Positions 19,217 through 28,881 of a stretch of DNA of 64,000 nucleotides are shown here, piece by piece. Source of the stretch: a virus; the IMG/VR virus record IMGVR_UViG_3300045988_144274, positions 1-64,000 of that record; one strand, written 5' to 3'. The notes beneath the pieces are model-generated. The model saw only the letters and a program-made list of their open reading frames with translations, was not told where the DNA came from and made no database searches. Positions within the stretch are counted from its first letter, which is position 1. Each line of letters starts with the position of its first letter. Made by a program: the position numbers and the translations under genes.

Positions 19217-19579
19217 ATGGCTCAAATTGATATTATACACTATCTTGAAGGTTTGACTGCCTTTGTCTTTGACAAGGCAGTCCTTACCCGTATTGCAGTA
19301 GATAGAGACGTTATAGATATTGCAGATACCAAACAGCTTACACAACAGCAAAAAGATTTGCTATTGGCTGATTTGCTTTATGTTATTTTTACCGCTCCCA
19401 ATTACACTGCTAGTCTGACGAACCAACATGGAGCTTATACTCAAACGATTGGTAGCCAACGATACGATTCTAAAAAAGATGTATATAATATTATGATAGG
19501 TCTGTATAAGAAATGGGACGATCCAAAGGCTGAATTATTAGGTGGTAGTACAACAACTTGGATAAATGAGTACGACTGA
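19217..19579 (+). CDS. Head-tail connector/adaptor (putative)
   Basis: I chose the ATG at 19217 (MAQIDII...), immediately after the capsid stop. Synteny. Confidence 0.45.
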   Translation: MAQIDIIHYLEGLTAFVFDKAVLTRIAVDRDVIDIADTKQLTQQQKDLLLADLLYVIFTAPNYTASLTNQHGAYTQTIGSQRYDSKKDVYNIMIGLYKKWDDPKAELLGGSTTTWINEYD

Positions 19580-19926
19580 TGATTATAGATAGGGACATAA
19601 TGCAAGAATATCCTTTTGATGGAGTATTTTACACTTATGGGATTGATGGAAGCAAACCTGCCGATCAACAGGTAGAAGAAGAGATTATAGTCTTGGAAAC
19701 TAAATGTGATATACAAGGGGCGCAGAAAGAAGATTCAGGTGTAATATCAAACGCATACAATGTGTATTTCCCTTTTGATAAATCAGTAGGTATATCAATA
19801 AAAAAAGGTCATAAATTTAGGAGCAAGATGTATGGCTTCTCTATTACTGATGCTATCGTTATTGATATTATACCAACTCAATTAGGTGGTTGTGCAGTTT
19901 ATGTAAAAGATAATACTAGTGGATAA
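19579..19926 (+). CDS. Head-tail joining protein (putative)
   Basis: Overlapping start/stop (ATGA). Synteny. Confidence 0.45.
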   Translation: MIIDRDIMQEYPFDGVFYTYGIDGSKPADQQVEEEIIVLETKCDIQGAQKEDSGVISNAYNVYFPFDKSVGISIKKGHKFRSKMYGFSITDAIVIDIIPTQLGGCAVYVKDNTSG

Positions 19927-20396
19927 TGAGACGTGTAAGTCCATATATTGATGATTTGGCGAAGAAATTAGCTATAAAAGGTCGAAACTTAATTGAAAAG
20001 GCTTATTTAGAGGCTGACTACAATAAGAATAAGACCCAAAATCTTCACGATAGTTATGGGAGTGCAGTTTTTTATAATGGCGAACTTTATCCAAATAGTA
20101 AAATGTATTTTAGTAAAGCTGCAACAACTTCTAAATACGATCCATATCAACAAGAGGCAATTACAGGTAGACAGGCTATCTCTGAATTTTTCGATGATTA
20201 TAAGCCAAAAGATAAGGGAATGCAGCTTGTAGTTGCAGTAGCCATATTTTATGGTGGAATATTAGAATTAGGCGGAGGTAATTTACGTAGGAAATATAAA
20301 GTTATATCTATGATTGGAGATGACATTAGAGCATTGGCACAAGAAGTAGGTAAAGCTAAAGTTTCTATAATTCAAAACGGGAAAGTAAATGGATAA
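19926..20396 (+). CDS. Head-tail joining / tail completion protein (putative)
   Basis: Synteny and translational coupling. Confidence 0.45.
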   Translation: MRRVSPYIDDLAKKLAIKGRNLIEKAYLEADYNKNKTQNLHDSYGSAVFYNGELYPNSKMYFSKAATTSKYDPYQQEAITGRQAISEFFDDYKPKDKGMQLVVAVAIFYGGILELGGGNLRRKYKVISMIGDDIRALAQEVGKAKVSIIQNGKVNG

Positions 20397-20781
20397 GAAT
20401 TTATTAAATATATCAACTATTGAAACCTTTTTCAATGAATTATTGGATGAAAAAGTATCTTCTAATACTTTCTTTACAACTGTCCCTACAAATATTGATA
20501 CTACTTGGTCTGACCTTGTTGTGATTGACTGTGCTAATTCTATCCAAGATTTGAATGCCTATGGTGTAGGAACTGTATTAGTTTGGTTATATGCAAAGCC
20601 ATTCAGCAATGGACGTAAGAATGTTGCTGTAATGTCTAAACTCGAAAAAGCTCTAAATGAAGCTTTAGAAAACAATAAAAATGCGTCTTATGCAGTTAGT
20701 AAGAAAGGCACATTTGCTGATTTTGACAGTGATGCTAAGATGCATTGTAATATAGTAGAAATTCAATTATTAATCGTTTAA
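20389..20781 (+). CDS. Tail terminator-like protein (putative)
   Basis: Synteny, directly upstream of the major tail gene. Confidence 0.4.
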   Translation: MDKNLLNISTIETFFNELLDEKVSSNTFFTTVPTNIDTTWSDLVVIDCANSIQDLNAYGVGTVLVWLYAKPFSNGRKNVAVMSKLEKALNEALENNKNASYAVSKKGTFADFDSDAKMHCNIVEIQLLIV

Positions 20782-20793
20782 AAATAAAAAATT

Positions 20794-21393
20794 ATGGCAT
20801 TAACAGTTACAGAAACTAGAAAAGATAATGCTAACTCCATTATCTACAATCCCAAGTTTTTATATGTAACACCGTATGTAGGTGGTAAACCCGGTACAAA
20901 AACTTGGCAATGTATGGATATTATTCGTGATTCAACAACTATCACACAAGAGGATAATACTGAAAATCCTATTGAAAATGAATTATCTTCAACTCCAATC
21001 ATTAATAACATTCAAGCAGGTAACTATACGTTTACTACTGAAATTGGAGATTTGCAGGCAGGACTCTTAAAAGATTTGCTAGGATTCACCATTGGTACAG
21101 GTAACAACGCCTATGCGCCTGATGGCTATGTAGAGAAATTTGCTCGTATCGACATGGTATTTCAAAATGGCAGTAAATATACCGCTGTTGTATTGCCGAA
21201 ATTGCAATTGAGTCCGACAATTACTCTTGATTCAATGAGTACTTCTATTGGTCGTATTGCACTTGGCGGATCTGCACAGGCTGTTCAGTTCAAATATGGG
21301 GAAGATACTGCGTCATTGACTCCTTTGGCTATGATTTATGATTACACCGTTCCGCCTACAGATATGTCATTAGATGGCACGGGGGGAGCGTAA
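20794..21393 (+). CDS. Major tail protein (putative)
   Basis: 199 aa. Followed by a strong terminator, then the chaperone pair and tape measure. Confidence 0.55.
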   Translation: MALTVTETRKDNANSIIYNPKFLYVTPYVGGKPGTKTWQCMDIIRDSTTITQEDNTENPIENELSSTPIINNIQAGNYTFTTEIGDLQAGLLKDLLGFTIGTGNNAYAPDGYVEKFARIDMVFQNGSKYTAVVLPKLQLSPTITLDSMSTSIGRIALGGSAQAVQFKYGEDTASLTPLAMIYDYTVPPTDMSLDGTGGA

Positions 21394-21439
21394 GGGAATC
21401 AGTATCTCCGGCTAATTCCCTAGAAAGTTCAATCGGAGA
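21381..21439 (+). promoter_or_regulatory. Candidate -1 programmed frameshift cassette (G GGG GGA heptamer, 6-nt spacer, H-type pseudoknot)
   Basis: Heptamer 21381-21387 in phase (ggg gga). S1 is 21394-99 / 21415-20; S2 is 21405-10 / 21434-39. The -1 frame is open to 21494. Confidence 0.4.
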
Positions 21440-21497
21440 AGCAGCGGTAGCTTCTAATGGAGTTACATCTAAAAAGAAAAATACAATTCTTTAATAA

Positions 21498-21530
21498 AAG
21501 GGAGGGAGGTTACTCCTTCCCTTGTTTTTT
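21498..21530 (+). terminator. Intrinsic terminator after the major tail gene
   Basis: 11-bp GC-rich stem (21498-21508 / 21513-21523, one G-U), GTTA loop, T6 run. Confidence 0.8.
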
Positions 21531-21538
21531 AAAAAGAT

Positions 21539-22072
21539 ATGACAAATAGTAAAATAACATATAAAACGATAAAAGATCCTGTTTCTGATGAAGCTATGGA
21601 ACGTCTTGTGCAGATTATGACTGACAGCCCTAGCCTTTTAAAATTAAAAGATACAGAATGGGAAATTACAGCATTGAAACCCGGTATAATGTGGCTGATA
21701 GCTAAAGAAGCCGCACAAATAAATAAAGTAGAAAAGGCGACCTTTAGTGATGTATTACAAGGTCTTTCTATCAATATGCCATCTGTCTGTCGTATTCTGA
21801 CGCTTGCTTTGTTGAATAATAAAAACCATATTAAAAGTGGTGATCCTGAATATGACAAAGTATATGATGCTTTATTTTGGGAATGCGAGGATATGAAAGA
21901 CTGGGCTACTATTCTATTTGAAGTTCTTAACTTATTGTCAGTTGAGTTTTTTTTTGCGATTACAGAATTGACACAGACGTTCCGCCAAATGACACTGGAA
22001 AGAAAGACGAAGATGGAAGAACGAAAACAGTCATCGCAAGAACAAGCTACGGGGAAATGTTTGATTTTATAA
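21539..22072 (+). CDS. Tail assembly chaperone (G-like)
   Basis: Immediately upstream of the tape measure. Overlapped by a -1 frame ORF. Confidence 0.6.
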   Translation: MTNSKITYKTIKDPVSDEAMERLVQIMTDSPSLLKLKDTEWEITALKPGIMWLIAKEAAQINKVEKATFSDVLQGLSINMPSVCRILTLALLNNKNHIKSGDPEYDKVYDALFWECEDMKDWATILFEVLNLLSVEFFFAITELTQTFRQMTLERKTKMEERKQSSQEQATGKCLIL

Positions 22073-22269
22073 AAGCTTATCCATCTGTGACTATGGAACA
22101 ATACATGTGGCACATGACAGTTCCTCAAATATTGCTAGCACAATACGATACAACTCATATTGAATATTTGTCAGAAGAACAAGCTAAAAAAGACAAAGCA
22201 CCAAAAATAAATTCAGCCGACGACTTATTTAAAAACGATTTTGGCATACCAATTTTTAATCAAAAATAA
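22057..22269 (+). CDS. Tail assembly chaperone -1 frame extension (GT-like) or a small independent ORF
   Basis: The -1 frame relative to 21539..22072 is open from 21946. Candidate slip sites are the T9 run at 21947-21955 and GGGGAAA at 22051-22057. Confidence 0.45.
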   Translation: MFDFIKAYPSVTMEQYMWHMTVPQILLAQYDTTHIEYLSEEQAKKDKAPKINSADDLFKNDFGIPIFNQK

Positions 22270-22278
22270 ATAATAACA

Positions 22279-25200
22279 ATGGGAGCAACAGGATATGTAT
22301 TAACAATACCTGATGAGGTATTAAAGAAACTAGAATTAGCAGATACTAAAATAAATGCTATAGCTGAAAGTAGCGAAAAAACAGCAAACAGGTTCAATCA
22401 AGCATTTTCGAGCATGGCTTTATCTGTTGACCCATTGATAAAACGGCTTGATGCATTAAAAAATATAGGTAAATTAGATTTAGGGTCAGGGTTAAAAAAA
22501 TACACGAGTGATTCGGAAAAGGCTGCTGCTGGAATAGCCGAAGTTGCGAATAAGCTGAATCAATTAAAATATATATCTTCTCAATCATCGTCTGCCAATA
22601 ATTCTGTTTTGGCATGGCAAGGTATTAATGAGAACTTAAAGATACAACAACAGCGATTAGATGCAATAAATCGTTCAATCAAAGAATATGAAAACACTTT
22701 ATCTCAAATACAAAGTGGTAAGGGTGGTGTATTATCAAAAGAAGATCAGTCTAATTACGCTGCAAATCTAGCCGAAGCCGAATCAATCAAACAAACAATA
22801 GCATTATATCAACAAAAACAACAAGCGATTGTAAATTACCAGTTAGAACAAAAGAAGGTTGCTGACAATTTAGCTAAACTAAAAAGTTTAGAATCCGACT
22901 CAAAATCTTTGCCTGAACAAAGAAAACGTGAAGAATTAGAAAGATTGAATGCTTTATATAGAAGTGGTCAATCCTTACTGCAAAAACAAGCGAAGGCGGA
23001 AGATGAACTTGGTAAAGCTGCTCAAAAGGTTGCAATAGCATTAGATAAAGCTGCGAAAGCCGAAGAAAAGAAAAATAGCGCAAGAGCAAATAAGGCTAAT
23101 CAAGAAGCAGCAAGAGCCGAAGAACAATACGCAAGAGCATTAAATAAAAGCGAGGTCACTATTGTTCAACGGGCAAGAAAGATTGAAGCATTAGCTAATG
23201 CACAAAGAGCCTTAAACTCTACTGGACGAGATTACTCTTCCCAATTATCTAAAATAGCATCGGAAACACAACGGCTTCAACAAGCAAACGATAATGTTGC
23301 AAAAAGTATGGAACGAGTTAAAAGATCTCAAAGTAGTGTACTCAATACTACCGATCAATTAACTAGGAAAATAGCATTATTATTTAGCGTTTCAGCTATA
23401 CAGGGATATGTGGAAAAGCTAGTTTCTGTACGAGGAGAATTTGAACTACAGCAAAGAGCATTGCAAGCAATTTTGCAAAACAAAGATGAGGCAAACGCTT
23501 TATGGGAAAAAACAGTGGCATTAGCTGTTAAATCACCATTCCAAGTAAAAGAATTGGTAACTTATACAAAACAGCTAGCAGCATATAGAATAGAATCTGA
23601 TAAACTATATGATACAACCAAAATGCTTGCTGACGTATCAGCAGGATTAGGCGTAGATATGGGTCGTCTTATTCTTGCATACGGACAGGTTAAGGCTGCT
23701 AACTATTTACGTGCGTCAGAAGTAAGACAATTTACAGAAGCTGGTGTCGGATTGCTTCAAGAGCTTGCCACTATGTATACAGAACTAGAGGGTCGTATGG
23801 TATCTGTTGGCGAAGTCCAAGCTAGAATAACTAAACGTATGGTTGCCTTTGGTGATGTAGAAGAAGTTTTTAAACGAATTACGTCAGCAGGAGGTATATT
23901 TTATAACATGCAAGAAATCCAAGCCGAGACATTGGCAGGTATGATTTCCAATCTTAAAGATAACTTTGATGTTATGTTTAATGAGATAGGAAAGGCTAAT
24001 GATGGAGTTTTGAAAGGATTTATAAATATATTAAATACTGTAGTTGCACAATGGAGAGATTTTGCAATAGCATTAAATACCGCAGGCGCAGTTTTTGTTA
24101 CATATTCTATAAAAGCTGCAATAGCAGCAGCAGCGAATAGAAAGATTGGCGTATCGGCAATCGAAGCAATGATAGCACAAGGTGGATTAGCTAAAGCTAT
24201 TGGGTATACTACAAATGCTCTAATAAAATCATTTAATTTTGTAAAGGCAAACCCGTGGATTCTTGTAGCTACAGCTATTGCAGGAACTATCTTCTATCTA
24301 AAAGATTTAACAGAAAGACTTGACGAAACTCGTGCTACATACGATGTTTTAAATAATCAAATAGATACTCAAAAAAGCAATCTTGAATCTTTAACAAATA
24401 AAATAGAGAAGCAAGTTAAGGCACAAGAAGATGCAGAATCTTCTTTATCAAACGTAAAGAAGGGGACGCAAGAATATAAAGAAGCCGAACAAAAAGCTAA
24501 TGAAGAAAGAGAAAAAACGCAGAAACTTTTAAATATACTAAAAACGCAATATCCCGAAGTATACGCAAAGGTAATGCAGAATAAAGAAGGTATAAAATCA
24601 TTAGCATCTGAACAAAAAAAATACAATGATGAACTTGAAAGAACGCAGACCTTAAATCGCTTAATGCAAGCAGGAACTCCTTTATTTGGAGATAGTTTTA
24701 GAGAACAAGCAGAATCTTATACACAATCTTTAGATAGACAAAAAAAAGCTATCAAAAATCTAACAGGAGATTATGATTCTTTAGTAAAAGAAATCCAATT
24801 CCTATTTAAAACGGAAAAAGAAATACCAGATTCTATTAAAACACAGGTTAATTCAATAATAAATAGTAATACGACTATTGAAGAAAAAACACAGGCTCTT
24901 TTAGCATACGCTAGATCATTGGCGACGCATACTCAAACATCAAATCGTATGCTCAATAATCTAAGGATTACAGCTAAAAAATCACTTGAAGATTTAGAAG
25001 ATGCTAATAAAAATAGAGTAGTTCAAATGCAGGAGATGAACAAAAGTTATGTTTCTTTAAGAGATAACGCTCTTAAAGAAGCAAATATTACATTAGCTGA
25101 ATTTAAAGCTTTATCAAAAGAGCAACAAGAAGATTTAGGAAAGAGAATGGCAACATTTATAAAATCTTCTGCCGGGGCGGAAAGCAATTTTGCACGCTTT

Positions 25201-28080
25201 TTTTTAAAAAATAGAATAAAACAAGATTTAGGTATTAGCATTTCTTATGACGAAAAGGAAGTCGAGAAAGAAATGACCGACCTGCAAAAAAAACTATCTG
25301 AATATGTAAATGAATATAATAATAAGCCTGAAATAAAAGGGAAAAACGCTTTAAAATTGCCAATTGTTACAGCAGAAACAGATGTAGAAGAATATAGAGA
25401 TAAAATTTTTGCAGCTGGTAAAGCCTTAATTGAAGCAGCGCAGGAAAATGCCAATTCTGTTGAGAATCTTGCACCTCATATAGATAAGAATCAAAAGGTC
25501 GCAATTCAGTTAGCAAAATCAGCTGGGGAGGCTCAACAAGCTCTAGCTAAACTTTTTGGATATACGGATAAGAAAGGCGAAAAAGCCGGAGAGACAGCCT
25601 ATGAGCGTAAGATAAAGGCTCAATTAGACTTATTGAAAAAAATGCAATCTCAATATGAGAAGCTAAGACAGACAATGGGAGAAGAAGATGCTACAAGCAC
25701 TATAACTTCATCTTTTGGAACAGCTTATCAAAAATTATTCAATAAGCCATTAAAACTTAAATTTGATAAGGCTTCGATAGCTAATGAGATGGAGTCCATT
25801 TCTAATACTATTAGTGGTAAATCAGCGGAAGCATTAAAGAGAAGTTGGCAAAATACCATTGGTGAATTACGTTCAGAAATTACAGTTTCAGCAACTCTTG
25901 ATAATATCAGTGAATTTGAACGTCAAATGGACTCAATGTTTAATAGCTATCAACTGTATATCGAATTGGAGGCTAAAGGTGTTCCTAAAGATCTGATTCA
26001 AAATCTGTTTGGCATTGATGTAACTACGTTGGACGATATAGCTAGAGCGTTAGAGGAAAAATATCCCGATGTTAAAAAATTAGGAGAAAAAGAACTTGAT
26101 TCTTATTTCAAGATACAGAAAAAAATAACTGATAATCAAAAGAACGAACTTGAAAGACGTTCTGATTTATTGTATAATTATTTAGAACAATCTGTAGACA
26201 AGGTTAAACAAGTACAAAATTCAGGAGCACTTGAAATCAGCTTTGCCACTGATTTCTTCAATAAAGGAAGCTTGAATGCCGAACAATATGCGACAGTCGT
26301 TAAAAATGTCACAGAGAAAGTAAATAAGGAAGTTAGCAAGATTAATACAGATAAGTTCAAAGAAACTCCTGAATATATTCAAGCTATGGGTGACTTATCC
26401 GCTTATTCTGCTTCTCAATTAGAAGTAATGATAGCTAGAATGCAGGAACTTATAAACTCTTCTGCCGGAAATCTAAATGCATCAGATTTGAAAGTATATA
26501 CAGATTTGATAGATAAGATACAAGACAGATTAAAGCAGATTAAATCTCCGTTTAGTAAAAATGCTTTTGCAGAATTTAGAGAACTAAAAAGACTACAAGC
26601 GGAATTTAATGCAGAAACAGAAAGATATAATCAACTGTTGAGAGAGCAGAATATTGCTAAAGATAGACTTGAAAGCGCAAAAACAGAAGCCGAACAAGCT
26701 AGAGGTAGAGTTGGAATAGATGCGTCCGCAAAAGATGACCTTATAGCAGCTACAGAGAGTTTGCAAGATGCTAATAGTGCTTTAAATAATTCTAATGATA
26801 AATTGAACATTTCACAAGGTAAACTGTCTAACATATCCGGTAAAATGGGACAGATACAGGGTGGAATGAGTGCAGCCATGTCAATGATTGACAAGATAGT
26901 TACTGGTATTTACCAATCTATTGAAGCGACCATTGATATAATGAATCAATTTAAAGAACTTCAAGAATCACAAGGCGTTGATACGTCCAAAGGAGGATGG
27001 AGAGAAGCGGCACAAGCAGGAGAATTATTGGGTAATGTAAATAATAAAGTGATGTCCTCTTGGAACAATTTCAAGAGTGGCAATATTGCCGGAGCAGTAG
27101 CCGATGCGGTTGGCTCTATAACATCTATTTTCACAACATTAAATAAGCAACATGATGCTAGAAGAGAGCAAACCATTCAAGAGGAAATAAAGCAAGTAGA
27201 AAAGCTTCAAAAGGCTTATCAAAGATTAGGTGATGCAATAGAAAATGCATATACTATTGATACTCTGAATATGAGTACTGAAAATGCTCAACGTAATATT
27301 CAAGACCAAATCAAGAGCTATCAAAACATGATAGCTGCCGAAGAAGATAAGAAAGATACAGATTGGGATAGAATAGATGAATGGAAAGAAGCTATAATTG
27401 ATTTGCAAGAACAGGCAGATGAACTTAGGAGTCAAAAACTTAATGAATTAGGAGGTTTTGGTAGCGGAGCAGACATGAAATCTGCCGCAGAAGAATTTGC
27501 ATCTGCTTGGCTAGAAGCCTATAAAGAAACAGGTGATGGATTAACAGCATTAGAAGATAAATGGGATGAATATATCAATAATGTAATTATGAAACAGTTG
27601 GCTCTAAGAGGAATAGAAAAATTCTTAGAACCAATAATGAATAATCTGAATAATATGATCGGTTCGGATTCATATTTATCTGATGATGAATTAAAAGCGT
27701 TGCAGAAACAAATTGAAGAAAAGATGCCTGCTTTAAATGAGTATTTCAAAACAATATCAGAGAATTTCGGTGTACCAATTACTGGTGGAGAGGACAATGG
27801 CTCTACTCTTAACAAAGGTATTCAAGGTGTGACGGAAGAAACCGCTAATGTTATTGAAGCTTATCTTAATTCAATGAGATATTTTGTCGCAGACACCAAT
27901 ATGGTTATCAACAATTTCTTTGCTGCATTTACTAGCTTAGACCCATTGCAGAACCCAATGTACAGTGAGCTTGCAAATCAAACTAAACTTTTGAGAAGCA
28001 TAGATGATAGATTGGCAAGTGTTATTACATACAGTGGCGACCATCCTAACGGTGGGGCATCAATAAAAGTACTAACATAA
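22279..28080 (+). CDS. Tape measure protein
   Basis: 1933 aa, long coiled coils with a central hydrophobic block (FAIALNTAGAVFVTYSIKAAIAAAA...). Position after the chaperones. Confidence 0.85.
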   Translation: MGATGYVLTIPDEVLKKLELADTKINAIAESSEKTANRFNQAFSSMALSVDPLIKRLDALKNIGKLDLGSGLKKYTSDSEKAAAGIAEVANKLNQLKYISSQSSSANNSVLAWQGINENLKIQQQRLDAINRSIKEYENTLSQIQSGKGGVLSKEDQSNYAANLAEAESIKQTIALYQQKQQAIVNYQLEQKKVADNLAKLKSLESDSKSLPEQRKREELERLNALYRSGQSLLQKQAKAEDELGKAAQKVAIALDKAAKAEEKKNSARANKANQEAARAEEQYARALNKSEVTIVQRARKIEALANAQRALNSTGRDYSSQLSKIASETQRLQQANDNVAKSMERVKRSQSSVLNTTDQLTRKIALLFSVSAIQGYVEKLVSVRGEFELQQRALQAILQNKDEANALWEKTVALAVKSPFQVKELVTYTKQLAAYRIESDKLYDTTKMLADVSAGLGVDMGRLILAYGQVKAANYLRASEVRQFTEAGVGLLQELATMYTELEGRMVSVGEVQARITKRMVAFGDVEEVFKRITSAGGIFYNMQEIQAETLAGMISNLKDNFDVMFNEIGKANDGVLKGFINILNTVVAQWRDFAIALNTAGAVFVTYSIKAAIAAAANRKIGVSAIEAMIAQGGLAKAIGYTTNALIKSFNFVKANPWILVATAIAGTIFYLKDLTERLDETRATYDVLNNQIDTQKSNLESLTNKIEKQVKAQEDAESSLSNVKKGTQEYKEAEQKANEEREKTQKLLNILKTQYPEVYAKVMQNKEGIKSLASEQKKYNDELERTQTLNRLMQAGTPLFGDSFREQAESYTQSLDRQKKAIKNLTGDYDSLVKEIQFLFKTEKEIPDSIKTQVNSIINSNTTIEEKTQALLAYARSLATHTQTSNRMLNNLRITAKKSLEDLEDANKNRVVQMQEMNKSYVSLRDNALKEANITLAEFKALSKEQQEDLGKRMATFIKSSAGAESNFARFFLKNRIKQDLGISISYDEKEVEKEMTDLQKKLSEYVNEYNNKPEIKGKNALKLPIVTAETDVEEYRDKIFAAGKALIEAAQENANSVENLAPHIDKNQKVAIQLAKSAGEAQQALAKLFGYTDKKGEKAGETAYERKIKAQLDLLKKMQSQYEKLRQTMGEEDATSTITSSFGTAYQKLFNKPLKLKFDKASIANEMESISNTISGKSAEALKRSWQNTIGELRSEITVSATLDNISEFERQMDSMFNSYQLYIELEAKGVPKDLIQNLFGIDVTTLDDIARALEEKYPDVKKLGEKELDSYFKIQKKITDNQKNELERRSDLLYNYLEQSVDKVKQVQNSGALEISFATDFFNKGSLNAEQYATVVKNVTEKVNKEVSKINTDKFKETPEYIQAMGDLSAYSASQLEVMIARMQELINSSAGNLNASDLKVYTDLIDKIQDRLKQIKSPFSKNAFAEFRELKRLQAEFNAETERYNQLLREQNIAKDRLESAKTEAEQARGRVGIDASAKDDLIAATESLQDANSALNNSNDKLNISQGKLSNISGKMGQIQGGMSAAMSMIDKIVTGIYQSIEATIDIMNQFKELQESQGVDTSKGGWREAAQAGELLGNVNNKVMSSWNNFKSGNIAGAVADAVGSITSIFTTLNKQHDARREQTIQEEIKQVEKLQKAYQRLGDAIENAYTIDTLNMSTENAQRNIQDQIKSYQNMIAAEEDKKDTDWDRIDEWKEAIIDLQEQADELRSQKLNELGGFGSGADMKSAAEEFASAWLEAYKETGDGLTALEDKWDEYINNVIMKQLALRGIEKFLEPIMNNLNNMIGSDSYLSDDELKALQKQIEEKMPALNEYFKTISENFGVPITGGEDNGSTLNKGIQGVTEETANVIEAYLNSMRYFVADTNMVINNFFAAFTSLDPLQNPMYSELANQTKLLRSIDDRLASVITYSGDHPNGGASIKVLT

Positions 28081-28100
28081 TATTGTTTTCAGGAAGGATT

Positions 28101-28130
28101 AGCCGGAGTAAATTCCGGCTTTTCTTATTT
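28101..28130 (+). terminator. Intrinsic terminator after the tape measure gene
   Basis: agccgga (28101-07) / tccggct (28114-20) stem followed by a T-rich run. Confidence 0.7.
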
Positions 28131-28154
28131 AATAGCTATTCTATACAAAAATAT

Positions 28155-28180
28155 AGGAGTATGTTTTCTAGACCACTCCT
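28155..28180 (-). terminator. Minus-strand hairpin with U-run (probable 3' end of the regulator transcript)
   Basis: aggagt / actcct stem. On the minus strand it is followed by ATATTTTTG. Confidence 0.4.
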
Positions 28181-28210
28181 ATATATAAATAAGACAACCA
28201 TAATAAATAG

Positions 28211-28240
28211 ACTCGTACGCATTGTACGTACTGTACGAGT
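28211..28240. promoter_or_regulatory. GTAC-dense hairpin/palindrome (actcgtac...gtacgagt)
   Basis: 8-bp inverted arms. Four GTAC tetramers fall within these 30 nt. Confidence 0.4.
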
Positions 28241-28349
28241 TAGAACTCAAATTAGAAACCGAATTATTAAACATTAATCTCTTTTTGCAATGCAGGTAGC
28301 TCCAACTATCTGCATTCTTTGCTCCTAACTTTCTGCTGCAAATATAGTA

Positions 28350-28697
28350 CTAATTTTCTCTATTCCAAAATTTGTCTAAGTCTTTTGGTAGAATTGGTTC
28401 TATTTTTTTCAGTAAATCTTCATAAATAGAAGTATATACCTTGTGAAATTTCAATCCATTCTTTATTTTAGCACACATTTTTTTTATAGATCGAGGTTGT
28501 CTTGGATATACTTTACTAATTGTCAATGGAGACATTTCCAACTTATAATGTAATATATAAAAAAGGAAAGCTCTAGCCGATACGACATTTTCCATCCTTT
28601 CTTTATTTACAAGTTCTTGTTCTGTCACTCCAAAATGAGTGCAGACTATTTTCTCAATCTCATCTATTTTCTTTGCTACATCAAGTTCTAAAGTCAT
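28350..28697 (-). CDS. DnaA C-terminal-domain-like HTH DNA-binding protein (putative transcriptional regulator)
   Basis: The pattern KERMENVVSARAFLFYILHYKLEMSPLTISKVY.R..RSIKKMCAKI resembles the Bac_DnaA_C helix-turn-helix (from memory). Lone minus-strand gene. Confidence 0.55.
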   Translation of the reverse strand: MTLELDVAKKIDEIEKIVCTHFGVTEQELVNKERMENVVSARAFLFYILHYKLEMSPLTISKVYPRQPRSIKKMCAKIKNGLKFHKVYTSIYEDLLKKIEPILPKDLDKFWNREN

Positions 28698-28736
28698 AGT
28701 GTACTATTATGGACACAAATGTACTAATTAGTACAC
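28697..28736. promoter_or_regulatory. Cluster of TAGTACAC/GTGTACTA boxes in the divergent promoter region of the HTH regulator
   Basis: GTGTACTA at 28699-28706, aTGTACTA at 28719-28726, TAGTACAC at 28729-28736. Same 8-mer as in the palindrome at 16547-16566. Confidence 0.5.
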
Positions 28737-28881
28737 TACCTTCCAAATATATTCGGGAATATTTCATATACAGTTGGTATTCAACGTGATATATACTATA
28801 AAATACTGCGTAGTGTATTTCTGTAGTTTTCACCTTATTTATTGCATAGTTCAATGTCGGACTATATTAAATGTATTTTTT

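Noticed and set aside
21529-22128. 199-aa minus-strand ORF opposite the tail chaperone genes
   Set aside because: It lies antisense to a syntenic chaperone/TMP block, has Cys/Ser/Phe-rich composition, and would interrupt the plus-strand operon.
28083-28277. 64-aa plus-strand ORF after the tape measure gene
   Set aside because: It starts at TTG inside the terminator region, has Arg/Ile/Asn repeat composition, and spans several hairpins.
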